DNA from: Opitutia bacterium
GTDB lineage: Bacteria > Verrucomicrobiota > Verrucomicrobiia > Opitutales > T3Sed10-336
Reading direction: 5' to 3'
Length of the DNA: 64,000 nucleotides
NCBI GenBank assembly: GCA_050506795.1
Contig: JBJHCF010000022.1
Coordinates: 1 to 64,000, forward strand
Position 1 is the stretch's first letter; the number at the start of each line of letters is the position of its first letter. Made by a program: the position numbers and the translations under genes. Below the pieces are notes generated by a model that was not told where the DNA came from, did no database searches, and worked only from the letters and a program-made list of their open reading frames with translations. Positions 9,987-20,296 of the stretch are shown here, piece after piece.

Positions 9987-10044
9987 TGGAACGTCGCTCC
10001 TTTCTAAAAGCATCGGTTTGTTGAGAAGGTCGTTCAGGCTGTAA
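9987..10044 (+). pseudogene. Collapsed 58-bp ghost copy of gene 39948-40883 (only the gene ends remain)
   Basis: 9987-10008 is identical to 39949-39970 (22 nt) and 10017-10043 is identical to 40856-40882 (27 nt). Confidence 0.85.
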
Positions 10045-10099
10045 GCGGCAATACTGTGTTCTTGACTTTAGGGGCATCGTTTTTGATCTTTTCGGCACG

Positions 10100-11008
10100 G
10101 TGAAGGTAGAAGCGGTTCCTGATTTTCCCGGTGCGATGGCGGAACCGGAGAGTTATTACCGGGGTGTGGATACGGCATCCCGCGTACGTTCGCGGAATGC
10201 GGTGGTCTTCATGCGCGACTCGAAGACCAAACTTCAGCAGAGTAATCTTTCGAATTTGTCCCATCATCGTTACGTCTGGATATTTGTCATCGAGACGGCT
10301 GGGGTGGTCAGCCTGGAGGGGAGTCGGATGCCACTGAAGGTGGGCGAGGCTTTGCTGGTGCTTCCGTACCAGTTTCATCACTATGTGGATATAAGTGATG
10401 CCTCGCTGCGCTGGCTCTTTGTAACTTTCGATCTGGAGTCCGGAGAGGAGTTGCTGGAGATCCTCAACCACCGGGTCCTGAAGCCGGATGAGCGGTCTTT
10501 AGCGCTGGTGCGTCGCATTGTCGAACTTTGGAACCGGACTGAGAAACAGGGCAGAGCGGCTGAATTGCTCGCGAGCCTGGATCATTTGCTGCTGCGACTG
10601 ACCGTGGAGGTGGATGAGCAGCAGGGTCGTCCGGAGGTGCAGCAGTTCTCATCACCAACGGTTGGCTGGATCGGCAGGGCGGAGTCACTTGTCGTGCGAT
10701 CTCTGCGCGAGGGCTGGAGTGTTTCCAACATCGCGGAGAAGCTCAACGTTTCGGAGCGGCATTTTCGGACGCGTTTTAAAGCGGAGACCGGCGTGAGTGT
10801 TCGCCGGTACAAAGCGAATATCCAGTTGCACCGCGCTCTTGCCGGGATGAAGGAGTCGCACTTGTCCATGGGGCAAATCTCCGAACTGAGCGGCTTTCAG
10901 TCACAGGCGGTGTTTACGCGATTTGTGCAACGCGAGACCGGCCGTTCGCCAACCGAGTGCCGGCGTCTTCTGCGGGCCGGAACGTTGGACGAAATTTTCC
11001 CCCGATAA
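10100..11008 (+). CDS. AraC family transcriptional regulator
   Basis: Cupin-like N-terminus (PYQFHHY); IAEKLNVSERHFRTRFK...SGFQSQAVFTRF. Confidence 0.9.
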   Translation: MKVEAVPDFPGAMAEPESYYRGVDTASRVRSRNAVVFMRDSKTKLQQSNLSNLSHHRYVWIFVIETAGVVSLEGSRMPLKVGEALLVLPYQFHHYVDISDASLRWLFVTFDLESGEELLEILNHRVLKPDERSLALVRRIVELWNRTEKQGRAAELLASLDHLLLRLTVEVDEQQGRPEVQQFSSPTVGWIGRAESLVVRSLREGWSVSNIAEKLNVSERHFRTRFKAETGVSVRRYKANIQLHRALAGMKESHLSMGQISELSGFQSQAVFTRFVQRETGRSPTECRRLLRAGTLDEIFPR

Positions 11009-11010
11009 CG

Positions 11011-11862
11011 TCACCCCGTTTGATAAAGCATTTCGGTGATTGATGCGGAGAATTCTTCCAGGATAGTCGCGGCGAAACGTTGAGGGCTTAGGCTTGGATC
11101 ATTCACTAGAGGATTGAGGTCGATGGCGTAGGAGAGGCGTTCGGCGTTGTCGATGGAGTGCGCGTCGAGGAAGGTGGCGTTCGCCAAACGGCGTCCGTCG
11201 ACGGCCGCGTCGTAGCGCTTTCCGCCGGTGATTTGGGAATCGAATAAGCCGCCCAACGCGGCCGCGAGATTCGGATGGGCGCTGACGTCGTGATGCACCT
11301 TGCGTTCTTCGGGAAGCCAGTCGAGGCTGCGCCATACTTCACAGCCGTAGACTTGTCGGGGTCGAAGCGTTTTCGGGAGCCTTCGGAGGGCCTCAAGAGT
11401 GGCAAGAAAAACGCCGACGTGGGTCGCGTGTTTGTCGAAGGGATTATGGGCGTAGACCACGTCCGGTCGCGCTTCTCGCAGGATCGCTTCGATTTCATCG
11501 ACCATCACACCGCGTTGCTCGGTATTCCTGGCTACGGCGCTCGGGTGCGCGAGTTGGGTGACAAAGGCGTACTGCCCGAGTGTCGCCGCGATCCTTTGTT
11601 CTTCGCAGCGGATCGCCTTCATCTCTTCGTCGGTACAGTCGGCGTAAGGGCCGGTGCGGGCGCTGCCGGATCCGTCCGTGCAGATAATGCCGCCGAACCA
11701 ACGGTCCCGGCGCCGGAAGCATTCAAGGATTCCGTGGAGAGCCATGAATTCAAGGTCGTCCTGGTGGGCGCCGATCCCGAGGTGGGTGGTGCGCGAGACC
11801 GAGCCTGGAGAAGGAGCGGATTCGGGAACAAAATGATTTTGCTGCGGGTGCGAGAGCTGCAT
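11011..11862 (-). CDS. PIG-L/LmbE family N-acetylsugar deacetylase
   Basis: AHQDDLE metal motif, TDGSGS, R..EQ, DKHATH. Confidence 0.9.
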   Translation of the reverse strand: MQLSHPQQNHFVPESAPSPGSVSRTTHLGIGAHQDDLEFMALHGILECFRRRDRWFGGIICTDGSGSARTGPYADCTDEEMKAIRCEEQRIAATLGQYAFVTQLAHPSAVARNTEQRGVMVDEIEAILREARPDVVYAHNPFDKHATHVGVFLATLEALRRLPKTLRPRQVYGCEVWRSLDWLPEERKVHHDVSAHPNLAAALGGLFDSQITGGKRYDAAVDGRRLANATFLDAHSIDNAERLSYAIDLNPLVNDPSLSPQRFAATILEEFSASITEMLYQTG

Positions 11863-11865
11863 TGG

Positions 11866-13269
11866 TCAAACGTTTCTTGGAATTTGTGGCAAACTGGCGG
11901 CGGCGATCGCCTGACCGTGCCGCCTGGTGGTTTCGTCAGGGATGTGAAAATTGATCTTCCCCGCCAGGTCGGGGAATTCGGCTTCAAGGACCGCTCGCGC
12001 CTCTTTCAGGATGCGGTCGCCTCCCGTGCCCGAGCTAACGCGGCCTAAAAAGAGGAGGTGGCGGAAGTCGTAAAAATCCGCGTAGTGTGCGAGAGCGTAG
12101 CCGAAACAGGTTCCGATAGTCGAATAGACCGCGGCGGCGCGCTCATCGCCCCGACTCATTTTATTTTGCAGAACCTCCAGTTGTTCGGGCAGATCGCACT
12201 GAGGATCGATTTGAATGTGGGACTCCGGCATGAGGCGAGCGACTCCCTGTTGAGAAAAATACTGTACGCCGCAACCGCGGTCACCGCTCCATTCATCGAT
12301 CGGAGCGTCGGGTCGGTAGTCAATGGGTGCGAAGGCGAGCTCATTGAGCCAACCGGTAATGCGGCCATGCGGGTCAACGTAGCCCGCAGCGAGACTGGTA
12401 CCCATGGCAATGCCGAGAATCGCCCCTTGGTTGATGGCGAGAGCGCCGGCAAGAGCGGTGACGTCGCCGTCGTTGACGATCTTGAAAGGGATGTCGTTCC
12501 ATTCGCTCCTTAACCCATGAAAGAGACCGCGAATGGAGCGGTCGAAATCCTTTTGACTCAGTCCCCGAAAGAGCGATGAAACGCGGGGCTCGTTGTCGAT
12601 ATAAATACCGGCTGCGCTGCCGCCAATGGCGTCCACTCGGGGCAGGTGGCGGGCGGCGCGTCGAAGGGTGTCCTGGATTCCTGCCCGATGATACTCCGGA
12701 TCGGTTTCGAAGTACGGGTTCCATTTCACCTCCTCGGAGAAGACGAGGTCGCCGTCAATCAAAGCGGCGCATTTGCGATCGCTTCCGCCAAGGTCGAAGC
12801 CAATGCGACAGCCATCGAGATGACGCTCTATGTGGGGTGGCGGTTGGCTGGTGACGGGATCCGCAACGGGTAGAGCACCACTTTCGACCGAGAAAGGCTT
12901 TCGGAAGCAGGTGTCGCCCAAAAATGCTTCGTCGAAGGCACGGCTTCCCGATCGGTGATAAGTTCGCTGCAGTTTCGCCGCGATTTCCGGCGCGCCCGCG
13001 ATAGTGACGAGGTTTCCGCCCCAGGCCCAGAGAAGTGTTTTGACGAGGCGCTCGCTGTAACGGACGTTTAATTTCCGGAACATCGCTTCGTCGGGTAAAA
13101 GCCGGGTAGGGAACGACCACGCCGATCCGTCCGGGCGGTGGACGGTGAAATGGGCCGGCCGCGCCTCTCGGTGGCTTTCCGTCATGGAACGGTAGGCACG
13201 GTTCCAGAGTGATGCGGGCAGGAAATCCGGGTCGAGTTGAGGAACGATGAGTGGCTCTATTTTGAGCAT
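11866..13269 (-). CDS. ROK family sugar kinase-like protein with N-terminal extension
   Basis: GFDLGGSDRK, NDGDVTALAG, GTSLAAGY, ELAF. Confidence 0.85.
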   Translation of the reverse strand: MLKIEPLIVPQLDPDFLPASLWNRAYRSMTESHREARPAHFTVHRPDGSAWSFPTRLLPDEAMFRKLNVRYSERLVKTLLWAWGGNLVTIAGAPEIAAKLQRTYHRSGSRAFDEAFLGDTCFRKPFSVESGALPVADPVTSQPPPHIERHLDGCRIGFDLGGSDRKCAALIDGDLVFSEEVKWNPYFETDPEYHRAGIQDTLRRAARHLPRVDAIGGSAAGIYIDNEPRVSSLFRGLSQKDFDRSIRGLFHGLRSEWNDIPFKIVNDGDVTALAGALAINQGAILGIAMGTSLAAGYVDPHGRITGWLNELAFAPIDYRPDAPIDEWSGDRGCGVQYFSQQGVARLMPESHIQIDPQCDLPEQLEVLQNKMSRGDERAAAVYSTIGTCFGYALAHYADFYDFRHLLFLGRVSSGTGGDRILKEARAVLEAEFPDLAGKINFHIPDETTRRHGQAIAAASLPQIPRNV

Positions 13270-15188
13270 GATCCGATAATGTCCAATCGCTTGAAGGCCT
13301 CGATTGCCTCGTACTCGGCGAGACCGAGTGAGTCGTAAGCGGCGGCGGTGGCGCGGTTGATCTTGCTGGCCAGGTTCCAGGTGTTACCGTCGCCATCCTT
13401 GCCGAGGTTCGGCGACTGATTTCGTTGGGTCTGGTGCTGGTAAATTCCTTGAATTTTGTTCGCGAACTCGTCGGGGGAGAGCGGGACGGCCATGTCGATT
13501 TCATGGGTTTCCCATTCCATTCCCGGACCCCGGTAGAGCCAGACGTGGCAATCTTTTACCCACGGTTCGGATTGGCTGGCGGCTAGAGCGCTCCGGAGAA
13601 TCTCGAAGCAAAGGGCGGGAACGGAGAGGGGATCGTTTCCGAAACCGGTGGCAAAGATCTGGTGGGGGCGGATTTCGTACAGAAGTTCGATCAGGCGCTC
13701 CACGTCTTTTTCGTCGGGCTGGAAGCGGCGGTAGCGGCCGTTCTCGTAAAAGGGCAGGTCGAGAAAACGGAGACGATTCGAATCGATGTCGAGGAGGCGG
13801 GCTGACGAGCGGCTTTCGGTTCTTCGGATCAATCCTTTCAATCGCCGAATTTCGGCGGGGTCATCGCCGAAATCTCCTTTCTCCCGGAGCTGGCGTTCCA
13901 GCAGGCGGGCGAATTTGAGGTCATCGGCTGATTCCCGCTCTTCGCCGGATTCAAGCATCAACTCAACGACGCGCCGGACCTCACTATCCGGCACGGCAAG
14001 GTTTCCGGAGGTTAGGTAGGCGACGGTGACATCGTTACCTTGATTGACCAGGCGGTGCAGCGTTCCGCCCATGCAGTAAATGTCGTCCAAGGGCTCGGGG
14101 CTGAGGATCAATGAACGTTTCGGAAACGGTTTTGCCCGTTCCGGGCGATGGCTGTCATCCGCGTCGGGTTTCCCTCCCGGCCATCCAGTGATGGTGTGCT
14201 GAGCGGTATTGAACATTCTGATATTAAGTTCATAAGCGGAGCCTTTTTCAGTTAACAGATCGGCCATACCGTTTTCCGAATAATCTTCTTCGATCAGTTT
14301 CAGAAGTGGCTTTCCGGTTTTACTGGAAAGCCAAAGAACGGCCTTCCGAATCATTGGCGGGTTCCACTCGACCATGCCGACCAGCCAGGGGTGACGAACG
14401 CGTGTCAGATGGCTCGCGGCGGCTTCGTCGATGCAAACGACGCAGTCCGGATGCTTTTGCAGAAAGCTGGCCGGGATCGCTTCTGTTTGCCGCCCTTCGA
14501 CCGCTTGCGCTATGACCTCGGCTTTTGCCTCGCCCCAGGCGAGAAGAAAAATCTTCCGGGCCTCGAGGATTGTGCCTACGCCCATGGTGATCGCGTGACG
14601 GGGAACGTTTTCCTCTCCGAGAAAATCCCGGGCCGCATCCCTTCGGGTAAGGCTGTCGAGGGTGATGAGTCGGGTGCGTGATTCCGACGTGGAGCCGGGT
14701 TCGTTAAAACCGATGTGTCCGGTCCGCCCAATGCCGAGGATCTGGATGTCGATGCCGCCGGCCTTAGTGATCGCCTCTTCGTAGGCGCGGCAGGAGGCGA
14801 GAACGTTTTCGCGAGGTACGGCACCGTCGGGCAGGTGGCAGTTCTCCGGTTTTAAATCGACCCGATTGAAGAACTGCTCCTGCATGAAGCGCAGGTAGCT
14901 TTCCGGGTGCTCCGCGGTAAGACCGTAATATTCGTCGAGATTGAAGGTGATGACGTTCTCGAAAGAGAGGCCTTCTTCGCGATGGCGCCGGATCAATTCC
15001 CGATAAAGCCGAACCGGGGTGGAACCGGTGGCCAGGCCGAGAACGGCCGGCTTTCCGGCAGCCCTGCGTGCCGTGATCAGTTCACCGATAGCGTCCGCGA
15101 CCCGTGCGCAAGCCTGGTCCGCGGAGGTGTAGATTGCGGTCGGAATATGTTCGCGCTGGGCGGATTCGAGATTCAAGACCTGACGCAT
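13257..15188 (-). CDS. nagB: Glucosamine-6-phosphate deaminase, long form with a C-terminal PIG-L-like domain
   Basis: LGLATGSTP, FNLDEY, GIGRTGHIGFNEPGS, ITMGVGTI; likely start MRQVL at 15188. Confidence 0.93.
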   Translation of the reverse strand: MRQVLNLESAQREHIPTAIYTSADQACARVADAIGELITARRAAGKPAVLGLATGSTPVRLYRELIRRHREEGLSFENVITFNLDEYYGLTAEHPESYLRFMQEQFFNRVDLKPENCHLPDGAVPRENVLASCRAYEEAITKAGGIDIQILGIGRTGHIGFNEPGSTSESRTRLITLDSLTRRDAARDFLGEENVPRHAITMGVGTILEARKIFLLAWGEAKAEVIAQAVEGRQTEAIPASFLQKHPDCVVCIDEAAASHLTRVRHPWLVGMVEWNPPMIRKAVLWLSSKTGKPLLKLIEEDYSENGMADLLTEKGSAYELNIRMFNTAQHTITGWPGGKPDADDSHRPERAKPFPKRSLILSPEPLDDIYCMGGTLHRLVNQGNDVTVAYLTSGNLAVPDSEVRRVVELMLESGEERESADDLKFARLLERQLREKGDFGDDPAEIRRLKGLIRRTESRSSARLLDIDSNRLRFLDLPFYENGRYRRFQPDEKDVERLIELLYEIRPHQIFATGFGNDPLSVPALCFEILRSALAASQSEPWVKDCHVWLYRGPGMEWETHEIDMAVPLSPDEFANKIQGIYQHQTQRNQSPNLGKDGDGNTWNLASKINRATAAAYDSLGLAEYEAIEAFKRLDIIGSCSK

Positions 15189-15524
15189 AACAAGAGTATA
15201 GCAAGTGGGCAGATTCGGATCCTTGACTTTATCGGATTGGTTTTTGATGTTTTCGGTACCTTGATCGACGGCATAAAGCGCGGAAGGGGGGTCCCGAAAC
15301 CGGGAGCCGACTTGCAACCTTCGATCAACCGGTTTGAGGCCCCTGGTGGAGCCAAATCTACGGTGGCTTTTTGACCGTTTCCTTAGCTTCGCGTGTGCAG
15401 TCGCCGGCATAAAGACGATGCTGAACGGCCTGGATCGAGATCGCAGGTGTCATAAAAAATATAAAAATATATTATTTCTGATTGACGGTTATTTCGGGAG
15501 TCTGCGAGACTGCCGAAACGAGTG

Positions 15525-16247
15525 ATGGATTCCCAGGATAAGCAACTTCCTTTATACGTGCGTGTGCAGGATTATATTCGTGCTGCCATAGGCTCGGAGT
15601 ATCAACCGGGAGACCTGTTGCCGAGTCAGCAGGAGATCGCGCGAGCCACGGGAACCAGTTTGATCACGGTTAAACGGGCCATAGACGAACTGGCTCGGCA
15701 GAGACTGTTGGAGTCGGTTCGGGGGCGTGGAACGGTGGTGAAAAGGCGTCCGGAGGTGGCGGACCAACACCAGGGGGTATCGAGTTGGACGGACAGCATA
15801 AGCGGCCTCGGGATGGAACCTCGCACGGCCTGGACCAAAATAAGTGAAAGGGTTCCGCCAAAAACGGTGAAAGGTATTCTCGGACTCAAGGCACGGAAGA
15901 GGACGGTAGTCGTGGAGCGCCTGCGCACTGTGGACGGATCTCCTTTTTGTCTAATGAGTAATGAGTTGCCGGCAGATCTGACGCCGGGGTTTGGGAAACG
16001 GGGGATGACTTCGGAATCGATCTACAAGGTATTGGAGGATCAGTATGATCTCTGTCCCGCCTGGGCGGATGAAGAAGTGTCCGCGCGTGAATCGACGGTC
16101 GAGGAGAAGCGGTATCTGGGGCGCGATGCTCGCATCGTCGTCGAGGTGCACCGGACATCCTATTTAGCCGACGGCCGCCCTTTGGAGATCGCGGTCCTTC
16201 GTGCACCCGCTCACTCCTACCGCTATCGGGTGCAGGTGCGACGTTAA
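15525..16247 (+). CDS. GntR/HutC (UTRA) family regulator
   Basis: PLYVRV...LPSQQEIA...SLITVKRAI...RGRGT, followed by a UTRA domain. Confidence 0.92.
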   Translation: MDSQDKQLPLYVRVQDYIRAAIGSEYQPGDLLPSQQEIARATGTSLITVKRAIDELARQRLLESVRGRGTVVKRRPEVADQHQGVSSWTDSISGLGMEPRTAWTKISERVPPKTVKGILGLKARKRTVVVERLRTVDGSPFCLMSNELPADLTPGFGKRGMTSESIYKVLEDQYDLCPAWADEEVSARESTVEEKRYLGRDARIVVEVHRTSYLADGRPLEIAVLRAPAHSYRYRVQVRR

Positions 16248-16384
16248 TTTTGGCCGGGGGAACTTAAATAGGAAACATGGACTTAATTCTGTTCTGAAAG
16301 CCGGGGAGAGAACTTCGTTAGTCCGGTGTCGGCATGAATATCCGTGGATGCAAACGATAAAGTTTAAACCTGAAAAAGAAACAA

Positions 16385-17155
16385 ATGACATCAGCCCAAG
16401 AATATTATCGAAAGACGGAGGAACTCCTGAGTCGAATCAGTGAGAGCCAGATTCCCGCGATTGAAGAGGCTGCGGAACTCTGCGCCGAGCGAATCGCCAA
16501 AGGGGGGCTCGTGTTTCTCTTTGGCAACGGACACTCGCGCATGATGTGCGAGGAAATGACGCCTCGACAGGGGTGCTTCGTCGGGTTCGTGGCCCTCGTT
16601 GAGTTGGCCCTATCGAACCACGCCAACATCGTTGGAAGCAACGGTCTTCGCGCGCCGTTGCACCTGGAAAAATACGAAGGCTATGCGGAGGAGCTGTTGA
16701 AGAGTTTTAAGTTCGGGCCTAACGATGCCTTCATCATTATTTCGACCAGCGGCATTCGTCCGGTGATTGTGGAAATGGCCCTTGGGGCGAAGAGGCGGGG
16801 ACTGCCAGTGATCGCACTGGTATCACGAAACCATTGTGACAGTTCGACGCCCAATCACTCCTCCGGGAAAAAACTGACCGATGTCGCCGATGTTGTTCTG
16901 GATAATCATGCACCTTCCGGGGACTGCGTTCTTGAGTTGGACGGCCTGGAATGGCGAACGGGGCCGGTCTCGACTGTGACCGGGGGAATGCTCATAAATA
17001 TGCTTCGTTGCGAAGTGGCCGAGCGGCTGTTGAAGAAAGGTCATAAGCCGACAATTCTGCCGAGTCATCAGTTCGTCGGTAACACCAGTGCCGACGAGCA
17101 GTTGGAAGCGTTCTACGAAGATTACCGCAGGAGTCTGAGTCATCTTTACGAGTAA
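16385..17155 (+). CDS. SIS domain sugar-phosphate isomerase-like protein
   Basis: FGNGHS, ISTSG, DVVLDN. Confidence 0.85.
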   Translation: MTSAQEYYRKTEELLSRISESQIPAIEEAAELCAERIAKGGLVFLFGNGHSRMMCEEMTPRQGCFVGFVALVELALSNHANIVGSNGLRAPLHLEKYEGYAEELLKSFKFGPNDAFIIISTSGIRPVIVEMALGAKRRGLPVIALVSRNHCDSSTPNHSSGKKLTDVADVVLDNHAPSGDCVLELDGLEWRTGPVSTVTGGMLINMLRCEVAERLLKKGHKPTILPSHQFVGNTSADEQLEAFYEDYRRSLSHLYE

Positions 17156-17159
17156 AAAC

Positions 17160-17957
17160 GTGAGCCACGATCTTCAGGGAAAGGTAATCCTCATCTCGGG
17201 TTCGACCGGTATAGCGGCTCGTACTGCCATACTGGCAGCCCGGGAGGGGGCGGCGGTGTTTATCGTCAGTCGAACGGAAAGTAGCTGCCGGGAATTATCC
17301 GTGGAGATTTCCGGGGAGGGCGGAAAATGCGGGTATAGGGCCATGGATCTGACGGAAGCGCAGAGTGCTGAAAAAGCCGTCGAAGCGGCAGTGCGGACTT
17401 TCGGGCGACTCGATGCGCTCTACAATGTTGCCGGGATTAGCGGACGGAAGTTTGGCGATGGTCCCGTGCATGAGTGCGCGGAGGACGGATGGGATACCAC
17501 GCTCGATACCAATGCGAAAAGCATGTTCTTTATGTGCGGGGCGGTCATTCGCCAGATGCTCCGCCAGGAACCGGCTCCGGACGGGCAGCGCGGCTGTATC
17601 CTGAACATGGCGAGTGTCCTCGGATTCTCTCCGTCGCCCCGTTTTTTTTCCACGCATGCCTATGCGGCGAGTAAAGGAGCGATTATTGGAATGACCAAAT
17701 CGATGGCCGCTTCTTATGCCTTGAAGAAAATCAGGATTAACGCGATTGCCCCGGGTCTGATACGGACACCGATGAGTGCGCGGGCGCAGGAGAACGCGGA
17801 GATTCTTGATTTGATGAAAACAAAACAACCGCTCGCCGAGGATTTAATCGAGGCCGATGATGTCGCATCGGCCTCCCTGTTTTTGCTTGGAAGTCAATCC
17901 CGGATGATAACCGGCGAGATTCTGACTGTAGATGGGGGTTGGTGCGTCAGCGGTTGA
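17160..17957 (+). CDS. SDR family oxidoreductase
   Basis: NVAG, YAASK, RINAIAPG, VDGG. Confidence 0.92.
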   Translation: MSHDLQGKVILISGSTGIAARTAILAAREGAAVFIVSRTESSCRELSVEISGEGGKCGYRAMDLTEAQSAEKAVEAAVRTFGRLDALYNVAGISGRKFGDGPVHECAEDGWDTTLDTNAKSMFFMCGAVIRQMLRQEPAPDGQRGCILNMASVLGFSPSPRFFSTHAYAASKGAIIGMTKSMAASYALKKIRINAIAPGLIRTPMSARAQENAEILDLMKTKQPLAEDLIEADDVASASLFLLGSQSRMITGEILTVDGGWCVSG

Positions 17958-17990
17958 GGTAGAGCGGGCAAGAATATTCAGCAGCTGGAT

Positions 17991-19340
17991 ATGTTTACTT
18001 ACAGAAAAAAGATTCCGACCGGCTTTCACTGCCAGGTCCTGGTTGTCGGAGCGGGTTCGGCGGGAGCGACGGCGGCTATAACCGCAGCGCGCGCGGGAGC
18101 CGATGTCTTGTTGGTCGACCGTTACGGGTTTCTCGGGGGAACCAGTACCGCGGTGTTGGATACGTTCTACGGATTTTACACGCCGGGGAAGGTGGAGAAA
18201 AAGGTTGTGGGAGGAGTTCCTGATGCGGTGGTGGACGGGCTGAAGGGCTACAACATGTGCATCAAGCGTCCGAATACCTATGGCGCCGGGTCTGGGATCA
18301 CCTATAATCCCGAGTATTTGAAGGTGGTGTGGGAGAACCTTGTGAAGGAATCGGGGGCAAAGATCCTGCTTCATTCCTTTGTACAGGATGTGGTGGTTGA
18401 AGAAGGGCGTGTGGTCGCGGTTTTGGTCGCGACGAAGGCGGGCTTGCAGTGGATAGCCGCGGATACTGTGGTCGACGCATCCGGCGACGCGGAGATTTGT
18501 TATTATGCAGGATTCTCCTATGAATTGGCCGGTGAGCAAGAGCCTGCTCAATCTCTGACGACAACGTTCAAAATGTGCAATGTCGATCTGACCAAACGGA
18601 GGACACTTTCCAAAGAAGGTCTTCATGCATTAATGAAGGAGGGAGCGGAGAGTGGCGAGTATCGTCTTCCACGGCGCGAAGGCAGCGATCATGCGACACC
18701 GGTTCCTGGAACAACGGCAACGGTAATGACCCGGTTGAACTCTTTTGAACGTCGTGCGGGGAGAGTGGTCAACGCTACCGATCCCGAACTCCTGAGCCGG
18801 GCGGAGACTGAAGGGCGTCGCCAGGCGATTGAATATGCCCGTTTCCTGCGCGACAAAGTGCCGGGGTACGAGAAGGCGGACCTGGTTGGGTTCGGAGTTC
18901 AGATCGGAGTGCGAGAGACCCGCCGTGTGCATGGCGATTATCGTTTGACCCGGGAGGATGTGCTTCATGCTCGTCAGTTTGACGATCAGGTCGGGCTTTG
19001 CGGAGCGCCGATTGAGGATCATCATTCCGGTGCGGACACGAAGTGGCAATACCTGCCGGAAGGTGAGTGTGTTGGAATCCCGTATCGCGCGCTTTTGCCA
19101 CGGGACGCAGTAAACGTTTTGGTTGCCGGGCGTTGTTTCTCGGCGACGCACGACGCGCATGCCAGCGTGCGTTCGATGGGACAATGCATGGCGATGGGAC
19201 AGGCGGCCGGCGCTGCCGCTGCGATGGCGGCTCAAGGCAAAATAACCCCGCGGGAGATTGCTCCAAACGGTTTGCGGGATGTGTTGCGGAACCTTGGCGC
19301 GGTGTTGGAAACGCCTCCGACGGGGGAGGAAGCGTTGTGA
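17991..19340 (+). CDS. FAD-dependent oxidoreductase (FAD_oxidored family)
   Basis: VVGAGSAG, FLGGTST, VDASGDA, VRETRR, IPYRALLP, AGRCFS, CMAMGQAAG. Confidence 0.9.
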   Translation: MFTYRKKIPTGFHCQVLVVGAGSAGATAAITAARAGADVLLVDRYGFLGGTSTAVLDTFYGFYTPGKVEKKVVGGVPDAVVDGLKGYNMCIKRPNTYGAGSGITYNPEYLKVVWENLVKESGAKILLHSFVQDVVVEEGRVVAVLVATKAGLQWIAADTVVDASGDAEICYYAGFSYELAGEQEPAQSLTTTFKMCNVDLTKRRTLSKEGLHALMKEGAESGEYRLPRREGSDHATPVPGTTATVMTRLNSFERRAGRVVNATDPELLSRAETEGRRQAIEYARFLRDKVPGYEKADLVGFGVQIGVRETRRVHGDYRLTREDVLHARQFDDQVGLCGAPIEDHHSGADTKWQYLPEGECVGIPYRALLPRDAVNVLVAGRCFSATHDAHASVRSMGQCMAMGQAAGAAAAMAAQGKITPREIAPNGLRDVLRNLGAVLETPPTGEEAL

Positions 19341-20296
19341 ACTACGCGATCGGTTTTGATATTGGGGGCACACGGGTCAAGTGCGGCGCGGTGACCGCCG
19401 AAGGAAAAGTGTTGGCGCGACGCGTTGTGTCGACCCGACCCGAGGCAGGGCCGGAAGCATTGTTGTCGATGCTCGCCACGCAGGTTGAGGGGATTCGGAC
19501 CGATATCGAGGGTGACCTGATTGGGGTAGGACTCGGACTGTCGGGAGCGGTCGATCCGGACCTGGGGGCGGTTTGCCTTCCTGGTAAATTCAAGGATCTG
19601 GAAGGTTTTCCGATTGTTCCCGGACTGGCGACGGTTGCCGGCGTTCCGGTGGCGGCTGACAACGACGCGCGGCTGGTTCTGCTGGCGGAACGACGCTTTG
19701 GGCTGGCCGCGGGAAGGGGTTGGGTGGTTTCGTTGACGATCGGAACGGGCCTCGGTTCGGGCGTGATCCTTGACGGGAAGGTTCTGCGCGATCCACATTT
19801 GCAGTTTGGGACCCAGCTTGGGCATATTGTCATTCAAGCCGACGGCGGGAAGCTTTGTTTGACCCGTGCCCATGGTACGGGGGAGTCGCTGTGTTCGGCG
19901 ACTGCCTTGGCTATGGGGGTAAGGGATGGATTGCAGCGGGGTATCCCGTCGGTCTTGAGTGATCGTTACTTCGCCGATCCTCAATCAGTTGATTTTTCGG
20001 CGGTCATCGAAGGAGTTGAGGCCGGCGACCGGCTTTGTCTGCATGAAATGGAGGCTTGGCGGAGGCGTCTCGGATGGGTGATGGTCAACGCGGTGCATGC
20101 TTACGCTCCGGAGTTGATAATCATCGGGGGCGGTGGGGCACATGCCTGGCGGCATTTCCTGGAATTCCTTCGGGACCATGTGAATGCCCATACCTTTCGA
20201 TATCCTCCGGGCGAACCGGTGGCGATCGAAGTTTCAAACCTTCTGGAGGATGCCGGATTCCTGGGGGCGGCGAGTTTGATCTGGAACGAGAAATGA
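19337..20296 (+). CDS. ROK family sugar kinase
   Basis: GFDIGGT, DNDA, TIGTGLGSG, GHI; GTG start overlaps the upstream stop. Confidence 0.9.
   Translation: MNYAIGFDIGGTRVKCGAVTAEGKVLARRVVSTRPEAGPEALLSMLATQVEGIRTDIEGDLIGVGLGLSGAVDPDLGAVCLPGKFKDLEGFPIVPGLATVAGVPVAADNDARLVLLAERRFGLAAGRGWVVSLTIGTGLGSGVILDGKVLRDPHLQFGTQLGHIVIQADGGKLCLTRAHGTGESLCSATALAMGVRDGLQRGIPSVLSDRYFADPQSVDFSAVIEGVEAGDRLCLHEMEAWRRRLGWVMVNAVHAYAPELIIIGGGGAHAWRHFLEFLRDHVNAHTFRYPPGEPVAIEVSNLLEDAGFLGAASLIWNEK

Noticed and set aside
15343..15353. ctggtggagcc matching the tRNA-Ala 3' end (possible att site)
   Set aside because: Only 11 nt with no integrase in the window; compatible with chance.
15189..15410. N-terminal 74-aa extension of NagB in the ORF track
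   Set aside because: Non-homologous-looking and overlaps the divergent promoter region; the start at 15188 is preferred.
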